Origin: Vulcanimicrobiota bacterium
GTDB taxonomy: Bacteria; Vulcanimicrobiota; Vulcanimicrobiia; Vulcanimicrobiales; Vulcanimicrobiaceae
Length of the DNA: 64,000 nt
Direction: 5' to 3'
Assembly (NCBI GenBank): GCA_963795855.1
Contig: CAWCIZ010000001.1
Span: 640,001 to 704,000 of the forward strand
In this document: piece after piece, positions 1-9,878 of the stretch
Layout of the letters: every line of letters begins with the position of its first letter
Numbering within the stretch: the first letter of the stretch is position 1
Notes under the pieces: model-generated
What the model saw: the letters and a program-made list of their open reading frames with translations, nothing else
Databases searched by the model: none
Told to the model about the DNA's origin: nothing
Made by a program: the position numbers and the translations under genes

Positions 1-343
1 AAGCGGATTGTTTTACGCTCGTCGCGGCGATCGTTCCGGCTGATCCGCCGCTCGTACCGGACACGTCGACGTTCTCGCCGACATACGGCGGGGTACCCGC
101 CACGACGGTCGATCCCGACGTGGTAACAGTAACTTGCGAACCGCCGGTCTCTTGCAACAGAAACGCCGTCGCGGACTCGAATGCGGTGATGGTGCCGGAG
201 ACCGAAATGATTTGCTGAGTCACCGAACCGGGGACGGTCGGGACGAGCGACGCGCCGCCGCCGCCGCCTCCACCGCCGCAAGCACTAAGAAGGCTCGATA
301 ATACAAGCGCCGTACTGGTTACTCGCACACGCGAGCGGGACAT
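1..343 (-). CDS. Secreted lipoprotein, 5' part only (runs off the window), with a DUF5666/OB-fold-like beta domain
   Basis: Manual translation gives MSRSRVRVTSTALVLSSLLSAC-GGGGGGGG... with an LSAC lipobox and an AGAGGG RBS upstream. It continues SVSGTITAF...GENVDVSGT...TIAATSV. Not in the ORF track. Confidence 0.7.
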   Translation of the reverse strand, partial: MSRSRVRVTSTALVLSSLLSACGGGGGGGGASLVPTVPGSVTQQIISVSGTITAFESATAFLLQETGGSQVTVTTSGSTVVAGTPPYVGENVDVSGTSGGSAGTIAATSVKQSA

Positions 344-629
344 GATGCAGCCCTCTTTGTTAAGGAGGGAGGCTCGACACTTACACTATCGGAACTAAGT
401 GATAATCTTTTTAGCCTACTCCCCCTACGAGGAAGCGAGCGGAGCATCGTTCGGCGCGCAGTCCGCAAGCGGACACGGTCCTGGGCTCATTGGCCCCATT
501 TTAATGAAATGGTCCTAAAAGCGCGAGAAAGGTCCCAATGTTGGGAAAGTCGGTACGCATACGGGACCGCGATCTGCCCACGTGGACCCCGTCATAAGTG
601 CCATTCACTGTTCAGGCGAAGGGGACACC

Positions 630-1268
630 GTGATAACGACCGACACCGCACGCATCTACGTGATCGAGGGGCAGGTGCTTTTTGGAAAGGCCCTGTGTCA
701 AGTATTTTCCATGGATCCCACGCTTCAGATCGTTGGGGATTCCGATAGCGTTACACCGACCGCCCTGGTAAAGGCGAAACCGGACATCATTCTGCTGGAC
801 GTCGACGGCGGCGCACTCGAATTGGGTGAAGCGCTAGCCGCGTGCCGCGAGGCGGCACCGCAAGCGCGCGTTTGCGTTCTGTCCATGCGCCCGCAAGCCG
901 AGATGATGCAATGCTGCCTGGCCGCGGGCGCAGACGGCTACATCATCAAAGACGTCACGCCGGCAGAACTCATTCGCGCCGTGAAAATCGTCGCGAACGG
1001 CGAGACGTACGTCGATCCACGCGTCGCCGGCGGCCTCCTGCGCCGGCGCAGCATGAGCAACGGCCGTCCGGACATCAACGAGCTTTCCGTCCGCGAGACC
1101 GAAGTGATTCGTCTGATCGCCGAAGGTCTCTCGAACAAAGAGATTAGCGCGCGGCTCAATCTCTCCGAGAAGACGATCAAGAATCACGTCAGCCGCATTT
1201 TCTCGAAACTCAACATTTACGCGCGTACGCAGGCCGCTGTGCACGCGATCAAAATGGGTTTGGTCTAA
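630..1268 (+). CDS. NarL/LuxR-family response regulator with an atypical receiver domain
   Basis: Receiver motifs LLDVD, LSM and IIKD, plus LuxR HTH LSVRETEVIRLIAEGLSNKEISARLNLSEKTIKNHVSRIFSKL. GTG at 630 follows an AAGGGG RBS (the ORF track starts at 582). Confidence 0.9.
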   Translation: MITTDTARIYVIEGQVLFGKALCQVFSMDPTLQIVGDSDSVTPTALVKAKPDIILLDVDGGALELGEALAACREAAPQARVCVLSMRPQAEMMQCCLAAGADGYIIKDVTPAELIRAVKIVANGETYVDPRVAGGLLRRRSMSNGRPDINELSVRETEVIRLIAEGLSNKEISARLNLSEKTIKNHVSRIFSKLNIYARTQAAVHAIKMGLV

Positions 1269-1310
1269 GAAGTATGGTAACGGGGCGCGAGCGTATCGCG
1301 TCCCGTGCCG

Positions 1311-2001
1311 TTACTTTCGAGCCACGCCGAACATGACGTAGCGCCAATCGGGCGGTGCGATTTTGTCGAACAGCATTCCGTCGATCGTGCCGAACGCGCG
1401 CGCAAGAGCAGCGGACCTTCCGAAGAGGCCCGTGAACCCCGTCGTGGCGTATTCGACCGACGAGAATGGCGAGAGATACTCGAGCATTTCCGAGATGCTT
1501 ACGTACCGCCAGATCGAATTCCACTTCACGAAGCGGCGCCGCGCGGCCTGATGCAGCGGTGAGGCGCGCAAATTTTCCGCGAACAGCAGCACGCCGCCGG
1601 GCTTTAGCGCGCGATGCATTGCGCGAACCGCTTCAGCTTGGCGCGACGCATTCCCATCCCACGCGACGCCGCCGAGCAGCGACTTGAACGCGACGGCGTC
1701 AAAGTAATCCTCGTACGGGATCGCCGTAGCGTCGATCGCTTCGTACGTTATCCGATCGGCCACGCCGTAGGCGGCGTGCATCGGCGCCGCAATGTCGCGG
1801 TTGCTCTCAAGGTCCGAACAAACGGCCCAATGGCCCTGCAATGCGAGCCACAGCGATAGGCCACCCCGCCGGGCCCCAGACTCTCAAGCAAGTAGACGAT
1901 GGGGCCAAACGAGCGTGGCTTCTCCAAAACGCTAAGGCCCGGGACCAATTTACAACGTCCCACTCGATAACGTCATTCAGCAGGGACGCGCTCTCTCGCA
2001 T
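1311..2001 (-). CDS. Class I SAM-dependent methyltransferase (frameshifted near 1880)
   Basis: Joins ORFs 1807..2001 and 1311..1841. Motif I (LE-LGARRGGLSL) spans the break, followed by DATAIPYEDYFD and ALKPGGVLLFAE. Confidence 0.8.
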
Positions 2002-2017
2002 TGCGCCGTTATACCCA

Positions 2018-2058
2018 AAAGCAAAGAAGCACCGCGCGAGCGCAGTGCTTCTTGCTTG
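2018..2058 (-). terminator. Probable intrinsic terminator
   Basis: Stem AAGAAGCAC...GTGCTTCTT followed by a T-rich tract on the minus strand, just downstream of the stop at 2075. Confidence 0.6.
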
Positions 2059-2074
2059 CTGCGTTTTTAGTAGT

Positions 2075-3719
2075 TTAGGGCGTCAGGATGAGACCGGATT
2101 TCGGACCCATGCGAGTCGGCACGCCGCCGCTGAACGAAGCCGTTCCGCCGTCGAGCACGCCGTTGCCGCTAAGGACCATGCTATGACGCAATCCCCATGG
2201 ATTCGGAACGCTGACCGAAGACGTCGTACTCGGATTCACGATAATTTCGCAATGTCCGAGAGAACTGCCGCGGTAGTAGCAACTGTTGTAGCGTTGCTCG
2301 TACGCACGGGTCGAGGTCAACAAACTCGCCACACTGGCCGGTATGCTTACCGGACTGAGCGGCACGAAACCGGTTTCCGGAAAGACCTTGAATGCCGAGG
2401 GCGTTGTAAACGATTCTTCGAACACCGAGTAATTCGGATCGTACGTGAGAAGGAACGATGCGTACGCGTACTGACGCATCGGAATGGAACTTGCGCCCGA
2501 TGCAGTTGTCAGATCAACGTAACACCACCAACCCGGTCCAGCTGGTTTGCGTTCCCGCTTGAACAGCGAGACGGTTTGTAGCTGCGAATCTTCCTCAGAC
2601 TGACCACAGGCTGGTTACGTAACACAGTTCGAACTGGCCACCGGAAACGTACGACGGTGCAAGCCGATTAACAAATGTAGGTACGTCACTCGGCGCAACG
2701 GAAAGCCCGTTCAGCACAAAGTGTTGCCCGCTTGCCGCCATAGCGGCATCCTCATGACTGGTCCAGGACGACAGATTGTAGTCGCAGGGCGTCCCCGAAA
2801 CGTGGTACAGCGGCCCATCATTGTCCATGAAAATATAGTTCCACGGCTGCGCATATCCAGGGTTTGCTGCTCGTGCGGTCGCAGCGTAGTGGCTTACGAC
2901 GTTTGCGAAATACGATGGAAATGCACCTTTTTCCGGATCGGTCAGCAATCCGCTCCCGCCGTAACTAACGATCGTCGAGCCGGAGCACGTTTTCGCTTCG
3001 GCGCCGGAGTAGCTCGTACGAAGCGCTCCGAGTTCGTATAGGCTGCCGTTGGGCTGGAACGCGCTCGAATAAATGACGGTCTTTATCCCCGACGCCTGCG
3101 TGACGCCCAGGCGATTCATGGACGTATAGGCGTATGTCAGATACGGCGCGTACCGGCTCGGAGAAGACGTCTCTTCCGTCGCCGTGAGCAAATATTCAGC
3201 GGTCTGCACGTGCTTCGGAACGCCGGCGCTCGGCGGCCCGGGCGGCGGCGTCGCAGCCGGCGACGACGTCGTCGACGAGGTCGGAGTCGTGGGCGGCGGC
3301 GTTGCCGCTGCCGTATAGGTTACCGTCTTCGCGGTCATCGAACCGCCGCTGCGGCACGAGCCGGTTCCGGTCGCTTCAATCGGCATCCCGACTTTCACGG
3401 GATAGCCCAGATAGGGATAAAACTTGGTCGTCGCCCGCGTGTAGTACACGTACATCGTGCCGCAGCTCGGGCTGACCGTTCTGACGACGAACTTCGATCC
3501 GTCGGCACTGATGACCGACGCTTTGAGTGTGAATGAACTGGCGGCCGTCGTCGACATGGTGCCGATGTCCGACTGCCCAGCCGAGTCCGTGACCGGACTC
3601 GATAGCGGGTCTTGCTGAACCGCCACCGGCGGCGTCGCTCCGGACTGCCCGCCGCAGCCCGCAGCCAAAAATGAAAAGCCCAGCACTCCAATGAGCGCAA
3701 AGGCGCGCATGACCTTCAT
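2075..3719 (-). CDS. Secreted lipoprotein with OB-like domain, Pro/Thr linker and putative glycoside-hydrolase-like TIM barrel (one frameshift near 2599)
   Basis: GGGGAGG RBS before MKVMRAFALIGVLGFSFLAAGC (lipobox). Removing one base at about 2599 joins ORF 2595..3818 to EEDSQLQTV...MRQYAYASFLL (ORF 2075..2479). Acidic motifs IFMDNDG and GGQFE. Confidence 0.65.
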
Positions 3720-4027
3720 GAAACCTCCCCGTTTACATGGCGCGCGTCGAGGCAAGGGTACACGATGGGTACACTGGTTCATGCCAGGGGAGTGGCAGGT
3801 CGCAAATAGGGGGGCCAAGCGTGCCGTCTGTGACGCGGAGACGCCGAAAAGGCTTATTTCATCGGATAAATCGGGGCCCGACGCGGCTGTTTAACCGCCC
3901 GGATCGAACGAGTAAAGACTTTGTTAGCAAGCCCCACGACCTTTTGCTCAAAGGCCCGGGACCGTCTCATCTAACGGCGGCCGCTTCCCACCCCTTACGA
4001 TAAATCGGACTAGGCAACGAGGAGAAC

Positions 4028-4885
4028 ATGCTGCGCGCAGTATTCGTAGGATACGACAACAACTTGAACCGGGTGATCGAGCACTGGCTGATGCAGCACA
4101 CGGACCTCGTCGGATGCGTTTGGGTGCCTTCGCAAACGCAGTGGCTCACCAATCGCGCCGGCAAGGTGAATTTCATCAAGCGCCGGTTGCGGCTCAAGGG
4201 ACCCCTACGGGCTCTGGACGAGGCGCTGTTTTATCTGCTGTACCACGGAACGGAAGCAAAGGCGCCCAGCACGGTGGCCGCTCAAAAACTGATTCGCGAG
4301 TACTGGACCGCCGTGCCGCAGCGCACGCACGCGCGCGCCTTTCGCAGCCCGAAAATCAACGACCCGGCCGTTCATGAATTTCTCGCCGAGGTCAAGCCGG
4401 ACGTCATTTTCTCGCACTGCATCAACCAGTTTTTCGGGAAGAAACTTCGCTCGGCCGCTCCGCACGGCGTCATGCTCTGGCATGTCGGCATTACGCCGGA
4501 ATACAAGGGCGTGTATTCGCCGTTTTGGACGATGCACAACGCCGACTTCAACAATTTCGGCTACTCGCTGATCCGCATGAACGAGGAATTGGACGCGGGA
4601 GAGATTTTCGTGCAAGGGCGTCTGACCAACGTGGACATCCGCAACGACAACCACGAGCTCATCGAGCACAAGGCGATATTCGGAAGTTTTCCGGACGTCG
4701 CGCGATTCATCACGCAACTCGAAGCGGGAACGGCGAAACCGATCGAGCGGCCGGACGCAAAGGCCGGGTACTACTCGTATCCCGGCATCTCCGACTACAT
4801 TCGACAGCGGCTGCGCGTGCATCGCGCACTGCGCAACGGCACCGCGCCCATTCAAAGTGCCGCGCGCGCAACTGAAACTTCTTAA
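4028..4885 (+). CDS. Formyltransferase-family protein (probable sugar N-formyltransferase)
   Basis: KPDVIFS, WHVGITPEYKG and ELDAGEI motifs. GAGGAG RBS. Converges on the DegT aminotransferase. Confidence 0.8.
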   Translation: MLRAVFVGYDNNLNRVIEHWLMQHTDLVGCVWVPSQTQWLTNRAGKVNFIKRRLRLKGPLRALDEALFYLLYHGTEAKAPSTVAAQKLIREYWTAVPQRTHARAFRSPKINDPAVHEFLAEVKPDVIFSHCINQFFGKKLRSAAPHGVMLWHVGITPEYKGVYSPFWTMHNADFNNFGYSLIRMNEELDAGEIFVQGRLTNVDIRNDNHELIEHKAIFGSFPDVARFITQLEAGTAKPIERPDAKAGYYSYPGISDYIRQRLRVHRALRNGTAPIQSAARATETS

Positions 4886-6051
4886 GAGGCTTGCATCATC
4901 GCTGCGCCGGCGCCGGCTGCGTCGCGCACGGCCGCGATGACGTCGTCCGCGTCCGCGTCGGTCATCGTCGGATAGAGCGGCAACGATACGATTTCCGTGG
5001 CAAGGCGCTCCGTGCCCGGCAGCGCTGCAGAGTACGTCCGGTAGGCTTCGAAGTGGTGCGTGGGGATGTAATGCACCGACGTACCGACGTTCCGGTCTTT
5101 GAGCGCTTCGATGAAAGCGTCGCGCGAAATGCCGGCGTCGCGCTCGCTCACGCGGATGACGAACATACACCAACTGTGCCGGTCGCCGTCGTTTGAAGGC
5201 GATGCTTGGCACGTGATGCCCGGCACGTCGGCCAGCCCGCGCAAATAGCGTTCAGCGATGACGTCGCGCCGGTCTTGCATGGCTTGCAGGCGTTCCAACT
5301 GAACCAAACCCATGGCAGCGGCGATGTCGGGCATGTTGTATTTGAATCCCGGCTCGCGCACTTCATAGCGCCACGAGCCGCGCTGCGTATACCGCTTCCA
5401 TGCATCCTTGTCCATGCCGTGCAGGGAAAGCACGCGCACGCGCTCCATGATGCGGTCGTCGTTCGTCACCAGCATGCCGCCTTCGGCGGTCGTGAGATTC
5501 TTCGTCGCATAGAAACTGTACGCCGCGAGATCCGAATGCGTTCCGGCCCACCTGCCGCGATCGAGCATACCGGCTGCGTGCGCCGCGTCCTCGATGAAAA
5601 CGATCTGCCGCTCCTTACAGAATGCGGCGAGCGCGGCGCTATCCATAGGCCGGCCGGCATAGGGCATGGCGATAATAGCGCGGGTCGCGGGCGTGAGCGC
5701 CGCGGCAAACTGTTCGACGCCGGCGGTCATCGTGCCGGGATCCACGTCGCAGAAGACGGGGCGCGCCCCGACTTCGAGCGTGCACTGCGCGCCGGCAACG
5801 AATGTGAGCGACGGCATGACGACGTCGTCACCCGGCTTCACGCCGGCCGCAAGAAGTCCGACGTGCAATGCGGCGGTGCAACTGTTGACGGCGATGGCAT
5901 GACGAACACCCGCGGCCCTCGCGAACGCTTGCTCCAATTCGCGAACTTTCGGTCCGGTTGTCAGCCAGCCGTTACGAATACATTCTTCGACGGCGGCCGC
6001 CTCCGCGTTGCCGGTGTCCGGCCGGCAATACGGCAAAAACGAATCACGCAT
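4882..6051 (-). CDS. DegT/DnrJ/EryC1/StrS PLP-dependent NDP-sugar aminotransferase
   Basis: GWLTTGPKV, NSCTAALH, IEDAAHA, SFYATKNLTTAEGGM and GFKYNMPD motifs. Confidence 0.95.
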   Translation of the reverse strand: MRDSFLPYCRPDTGNAEAAAVEECIRNGWLTTGPKVRELEQAFARAAGVRHAIAVNSCTAALHVGLLAAGVKPGDDVVMPSLTFVAGAQCTLEVGARPVFCDVDPGTMTAGVEQFAAALTPATRAIIAMPYAGRPMDSAALAAFCKERQIVFIEDAAHAAGMLDRGRWAGTHSDLAAYSFYATKNLTTAEGGMLVTNDDRIMERVRVLSLHGMDKDAWKRYTQRGSWRYEVREPGFKYNMPDIAAAMGLVQLERLQAMQDRRDVIAERYLRGLADVPGITCQASPSNDGDRHSWCMFVIRVSERDAGISRDAFIEALKDRNVGTSVHYIPTHHFEAYRTYSAALPGTERLATEIVSLPLYPTMTDADADDVIAAVRDAAGAGAAMMQAS

Positions 6052-7447
6052 GGACGGTTACTCCTTGAACGACGGCGCTTCTCTCCGCAGCGGGCGCCGG
6101 TTCCGGTGCCGCATTTCTCGTGAGCGAAACGAGCATGAAGGCGAGCCAAACGCATTTCTGCAGCATCATGTCCGCGAAAAGACCGGAAATAAAAAGTCCG
6201 ATGATGGAGGCTTCGAGCACCAAGCGCAGACGATACCGCGGATCGGAGATCGGAATACCGCGCAACGCGCGGAACTGCCAAAACCATCCCATCAGCAGTA
6301 GGGCCAACCCAATGACGCCGAGTTCGACCGCATGCCCGACGATGATGTTGTGCGAGACGTGTCCCCAGCCGATGTACTGCGGCTGAAAGACCTGGATCCA
6401 CGCGCGGTCGTAGGCAAGCGGAAAATTGTTGTAACCGACGCCGAAAAGCCAGTTTTGCTTGAACGCGACGAAGCCGACGTGCCAAATGTCCGTGCGTCCC
6501 GCACCGCCGGTAGACAGGGCGTTTGCCCACCGCTGTCCGAGCGTCGGAGCCGCGTACGCTAGCCCCAATGCCGCGACGATGCCGACAGGCCATGCCAAAC
6601 GTGCGCGGTTCGGTTCGCGAACCAGCAGGTAGACGATCATCACGATCAAGCCAAGCTCCGGACCGCGTGCCCCCGTCAGCACGAATACCGGCAAGATGAT
6701 GCCGCCGCAAATGAAGGCCAGCACTCGGGTTCCCAACGTTTTTCCGAACACGATGCTCATCAATGCGATGGCTGCCGGCAGCAGCATGGTGCCGGCGAGA
6801 TAGTCGGGATTCCAGTTCACGTTGCCCGTCGCCAGCCACATACGGTTTTCTTTGATTGCAACGCCGCTGTGGTAGAGGTACAAGACGTAAGCCGCGGCGG
6901 CCGCTCCGCCGACCATCGTAAGTTGTACGACGGTGGTGAGCGTGCGCATGTCGGTGCGAATCAGCGAAATGACTGCATAGAGCCCGAAGAGCAAAAGTAC
7001 CGTGGGGATGACGTCGAGGCTCTGCTTGGGATCGATCGCCCAGAACGCGCTCGCCGTGATCCAAAGGGCGTACACGAACCACATCGCGACGCTGCGATCG
7101 GGATCCGAGTACCGTTTGCTGCGCAGGATGTAGAAGAGCAGCGCAGCGGCGCTGGCCGCACCGAACAGCTTCGTAACGGTGGCGGCCGCGCCGACCTTCA
7201 GCACCGCGTCGAAGGGCGTCAGAAACGCGTAGGCGCCGAACGGGAACAGCAGCGGGGCGAAAAGTGAAAGCCCGAAAAGAATCGGCAGCGTTACGGCGCC
7301 GATCGCGCCAACCGCGCCCGTCTTCGTGCCCGAAAGCGCAACGCCGATGAACGCCGCAAAGGCGCCTAAAAGCGCAACGATGACACCCCCGGCGGTGCTG
7401 GCCGTGCGCCGCCCGGCGAGACGAATGTTTCCTACCATTGAAGCCAT
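6044..7447 (-). CDS. O-antigen ligase / Wzy polymerase family membrane protein
   Basis: Many TM helices with NPDYLA, TGARG, GRTDIW, GVGYNNF and SHNI...ELGVIG motifs. The true start may be the second Met at 7438. Confidence 0.85.
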   Translation of the reverse strand: MASMVGNIRLAGRRTASTAGGVIVALLGAFAAFIGVALSGTKTGAVGAIGAVTLPILFGLSLFAPLLFPFGAYAFLTPFDAVLKVGAAATVTKLFGAASAAALLFYILRSKRYSDPDRSVAMWFVYALWITASAFWAIDPKQSLDVIPTVLLLFGLYAVISLIRTDMRTLTTVVQLTMVGGAAAAAYVLYLYHSGVAIKENRMWLATGNVNWNPDYLAGTMLLPAAIALMSIVFGKTLGTRVLAFICGGIILPVFVLTGARGPELGLIVMIVYLLVREPNRARLAWPVGIVAALGLAYAAPTLGQRWANALSTGGAGRTDIWHVGFVAFKQNWLFGVGYNNFPLAYDRAWIQVFQPQYIGWGHVSHNIIVGHAVELGVIGLALLLMGWFWQFRALRGIPISDPRYRLRLVLEASIIGLFISGLFADMMLQKCVWLAFMLVSLTRNAAPEPAPAAERSAVVQGVTVHA

Positions 7448-7510
7448 TCTAATCGAAGCGGCCGCGCAGCCCGGAGTTGGAGACGGCCTCGGACCATGGG
7501 AAGAGCGGCC

Positions 7511-8833
7511 CTACCGCGCAGGGTGCAAGAGGCGGCGCCCGTCTCGCAGCATCCTGGCCAGGAACGCCCAGTAGACGAGCAAGTCGGCGCCCGTGGGCAC
7601 GAGCATCGAGCGCAGTCCGATCGCCGAACGCTTCCGGAAGTACCAGATGCCGACCGACTGTCCGACCAGGTAACCGGCGCTCGATCCGATCGCGGCGCCG
7701 ACCATCCCGTAGCGGTGAACGAGCGCAAACGTCGTCGCTATGCACACCAGCGCCGATAGCGAAGCCAACCGAAGCGCCACGCCCGGTATTCCGATCTTGA
7801 GCGTGAAGTAACTCGAAAGCGGGCTGCTCAGGGCGAGAACGATGACGCCGATCAGCAGAACGTCGAATGACGGAACGAGCGGAAGGAACTTCGCACCGTA
7901 CAGCAATTGAACGACCGGCGCAGCCAGGACGAACAGCGGCACGCAGATCAGCAGCGCGATGAGCAAATTATGGCGCACGCACCGCGCGGTCAGCACTGCC
8001 GCTTCGTGAACCTCCATCCCGCCGATATGGGGTGAGGTGACGAGCGCGGCAACCTGCGTCGGAACGAGCAAACTCTCCGCACCCGCGACCGCGATGCTGT
8101 ACATGCCCAGCGCCGCCGGCGGAAGAAAGAGCGCGACGATATACAGGTCGGCGCGATAGTTCAGCAGCGACACGACGTTCACAGCCGTGACCTTCATGCA
8201 AAAGGCCCAGTACTCGCGAAAGCCGATCGTGTCGGCTCCGGCAAGGTGCCGGCGCGCGTGTCGCACGATGTACGCAAGGGAAACGGCGCCTGCGAGGCTG
8301 GTGCCGGCGACCCACGCGATAATTGCAATACCGGGCGAACGCTCGACGATCACGAACGCCGCGACCGTCGCAGCGATGGTGAAGACCGTTTGCAGCGCGG
8401 CGATCGTGGTCGAAAAACGCACTTGGTGCACGCCGAGCGCGTAGCCCGATGCGAGATTCAGCAGCGCAAGCGACGGCAGCACCGCAAGCGCGGGAATGAG
8501 CGCCCCGGGCTGATGCGCGAGGTACGTCAACGGTACCAAGACCAGCGCAGCGGCCGCGGTGAGGAGAAACGTCGACAGAAGAACGGGGCGCAGAAACACG
8601 GCGCCTGGGCTGCGGTTCAGCAAGAAATACGTCGTTGCGCTCGTCAGTCCGCCGAACGCCGACGCGACGAGCGCGGCCTCGACGCCGGGCAGCGCATAAA
8701 CGCCGCGCCCGGCAGGGCCGAGCGCGCGAGCGGTAATCACGGCGAGAGCAGCGGTCAGACCGATCTTCGCGAGGCGTACGACGAACGTGTAAAGTCCGTC
8801 GTACATCACGCGATGCGCGCGTTCAGACTGCAC
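7511..8833 (-). CDS. Wzx-type polysaccharide flippase
   Basis: ARALGPAGRGVY, NYRADLYIV, LGMYSIAV and LYGAKF motifs with many TM segments. Confidence 0.9.
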   Translation of the reverse strand: MQSERAHRVMYDGLYTFVVRLAKIGLTAALAVITARALGPAGRGVYALPGVEAALVASAFGGLTSATTYFLLNRSPGAVFLRPVLLSTFLLTAAAALVLVPLTYLAHQPGALIPALAVLPSLALLNLASGYALGVHQVRFSTTIAALQTVFTIAATVAAFVIVERSPGIAIIAWVAGTSLAGAVSLAYIVRHARRHLAGADTIGFREYWAFCMKVTAVNVVSLLNYRADLYIVALFLPPAALGMYSIAVAGAESLLVPTQVAALVTSPHIGGMEVHEAAVLTARCVRHNLLIALLICVPLFVLAAPVVQLLYGAKFLPLVPSFDVLLIGVIVLALSSPLSSYFTLKIGIPGVALRLASLSALVCIATTFALVHRYGMVGAAIGSSAGYLVGQSVGIWYFRKRSAIGLRSMLVPTGADLLVYWAFLARMLRDGRRLLHPAR

Positions 8834-9878
8834 TGTGGAAGAGCACTTCCGCGATGGTTTTCAGCAGAATCGCGCCGTCCAAAACCGGCGAAGCGCGTTC
8901 GACGTAAAAGAGGTCGTAGGGAAGGATGTCCTTGACGTCGTCCGGTTCCAAATTCCGCTTGCGGTACACCTGCGCCCACCCGGTTATTCCGGGGGCGACG
9001 ATGTGGCGCTGATCGTACGCCGGCAGCTGTTGGCCGAAACGGCGCGCAAACTCGACCATTTCGGGACGCGGCCCGACGATCGACATCTCGCCTTTGAGAA
9101 CGTTGAAGAGCTGCGGCAGTTCGTCGATGCTCGTGCGGCGCAAGAATGCGCCGACGCGCGTGATGCGTGAATCACCGGGACGCGCCCATTCAGCTCCGGC
9201 GTCGCGGCGCATGGTGCGGAATTTGTACACGTCGAAGCGCGAGCCGTCGCGGCCCACGCGTTCCTGTTTGAAGAGAATCGGCTCGCCCGACTCGGCGTAT
9301 ATCGCGATCGCGGCTGCAAGCATGATCGGCGAGGAGACGACCAGCGCGACGGCCGCCACAGCGAGATCGAAGCAGCGTTTCGCCAGCAAATAGCCCGCCG
9401 ATTCACGCGCATGCCAAGCTGCCGGCGTTATCGACGCGGCACCCGCGGGCGGGGGCGGCCCGGCGCGGCGCTGCAAATGCAGTCCGGTGTGCCACGCAGA
9501 CGTTGCGAGCGCCGAAAACAGCAGCATCACGACGATCGGCACGAAACCGATTTGCCCGACGCCGCCGACGATCAGCAGAATGGGAATCGCTGCCGCCAGC
9601 ACGGCGGTGCAGGCATAATATATTTCGTCGCGCGGCAGAACCGCATACGATCGCTTATACAAACCGCAGGCCCAGAAGCCCGCGCACACCAAGGCCGTCG
9701 CGACGAGCGAGGCGGTTACGGAGTTCGACTCGCCGCCGATCACGACGAGTGCGATGAACAGCACGATTCCGCCGTCACCCAGCGCGAGCGCTGCGGTCGA
9801 ACGGATGGAGAGGTGTTCGGGTATGCGCGCTTCCCGCCGGCGCGATACCGAGAAAGAGGTTTGGAATTCCGTCAGCAT
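8823..9878 (-). CDS. Priming sugar (undecaprenyl-phosphate glycosylphospho)transferase
   Basis: KRCFDL, FKQERVG, YKFRTM, SIDELPQLFNVLKGEMSIVGPRPE and PGITGWAQV motifs. Start MLTEFQ at 9878. Confidence 0.92.
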   Translation of the reverse strand: MLTEFQTSFSVSRRREARIPEHLSIRSTAALALGDGGIVLFIALVVIGGESNSVTASLVATALVCAGFWACGLYKRSYAVLPRDEIYYACTAVLAAAIPILLIVGGVGQIGFVPIVVMLLFSALATSAWHTGLHLQRRAGPPPPAGAASITPAAWHARESAGYLLAKRCFDLAVAAVALVVSSPIMLAAAIAIYAESGEPILFKQERVGRDGSRFDVYKFRTMRRDAGAEWARPGDSRITRVGAFLRRTSIDELPQLFNVLKGEMSIVGPRPEMVEFARRFGQQLPAYDQRHIVAPGITGWAQVYRKRNLEPDDVKDILPYDLFYVERASPVLDGAILLKTIAEVLFHSAV

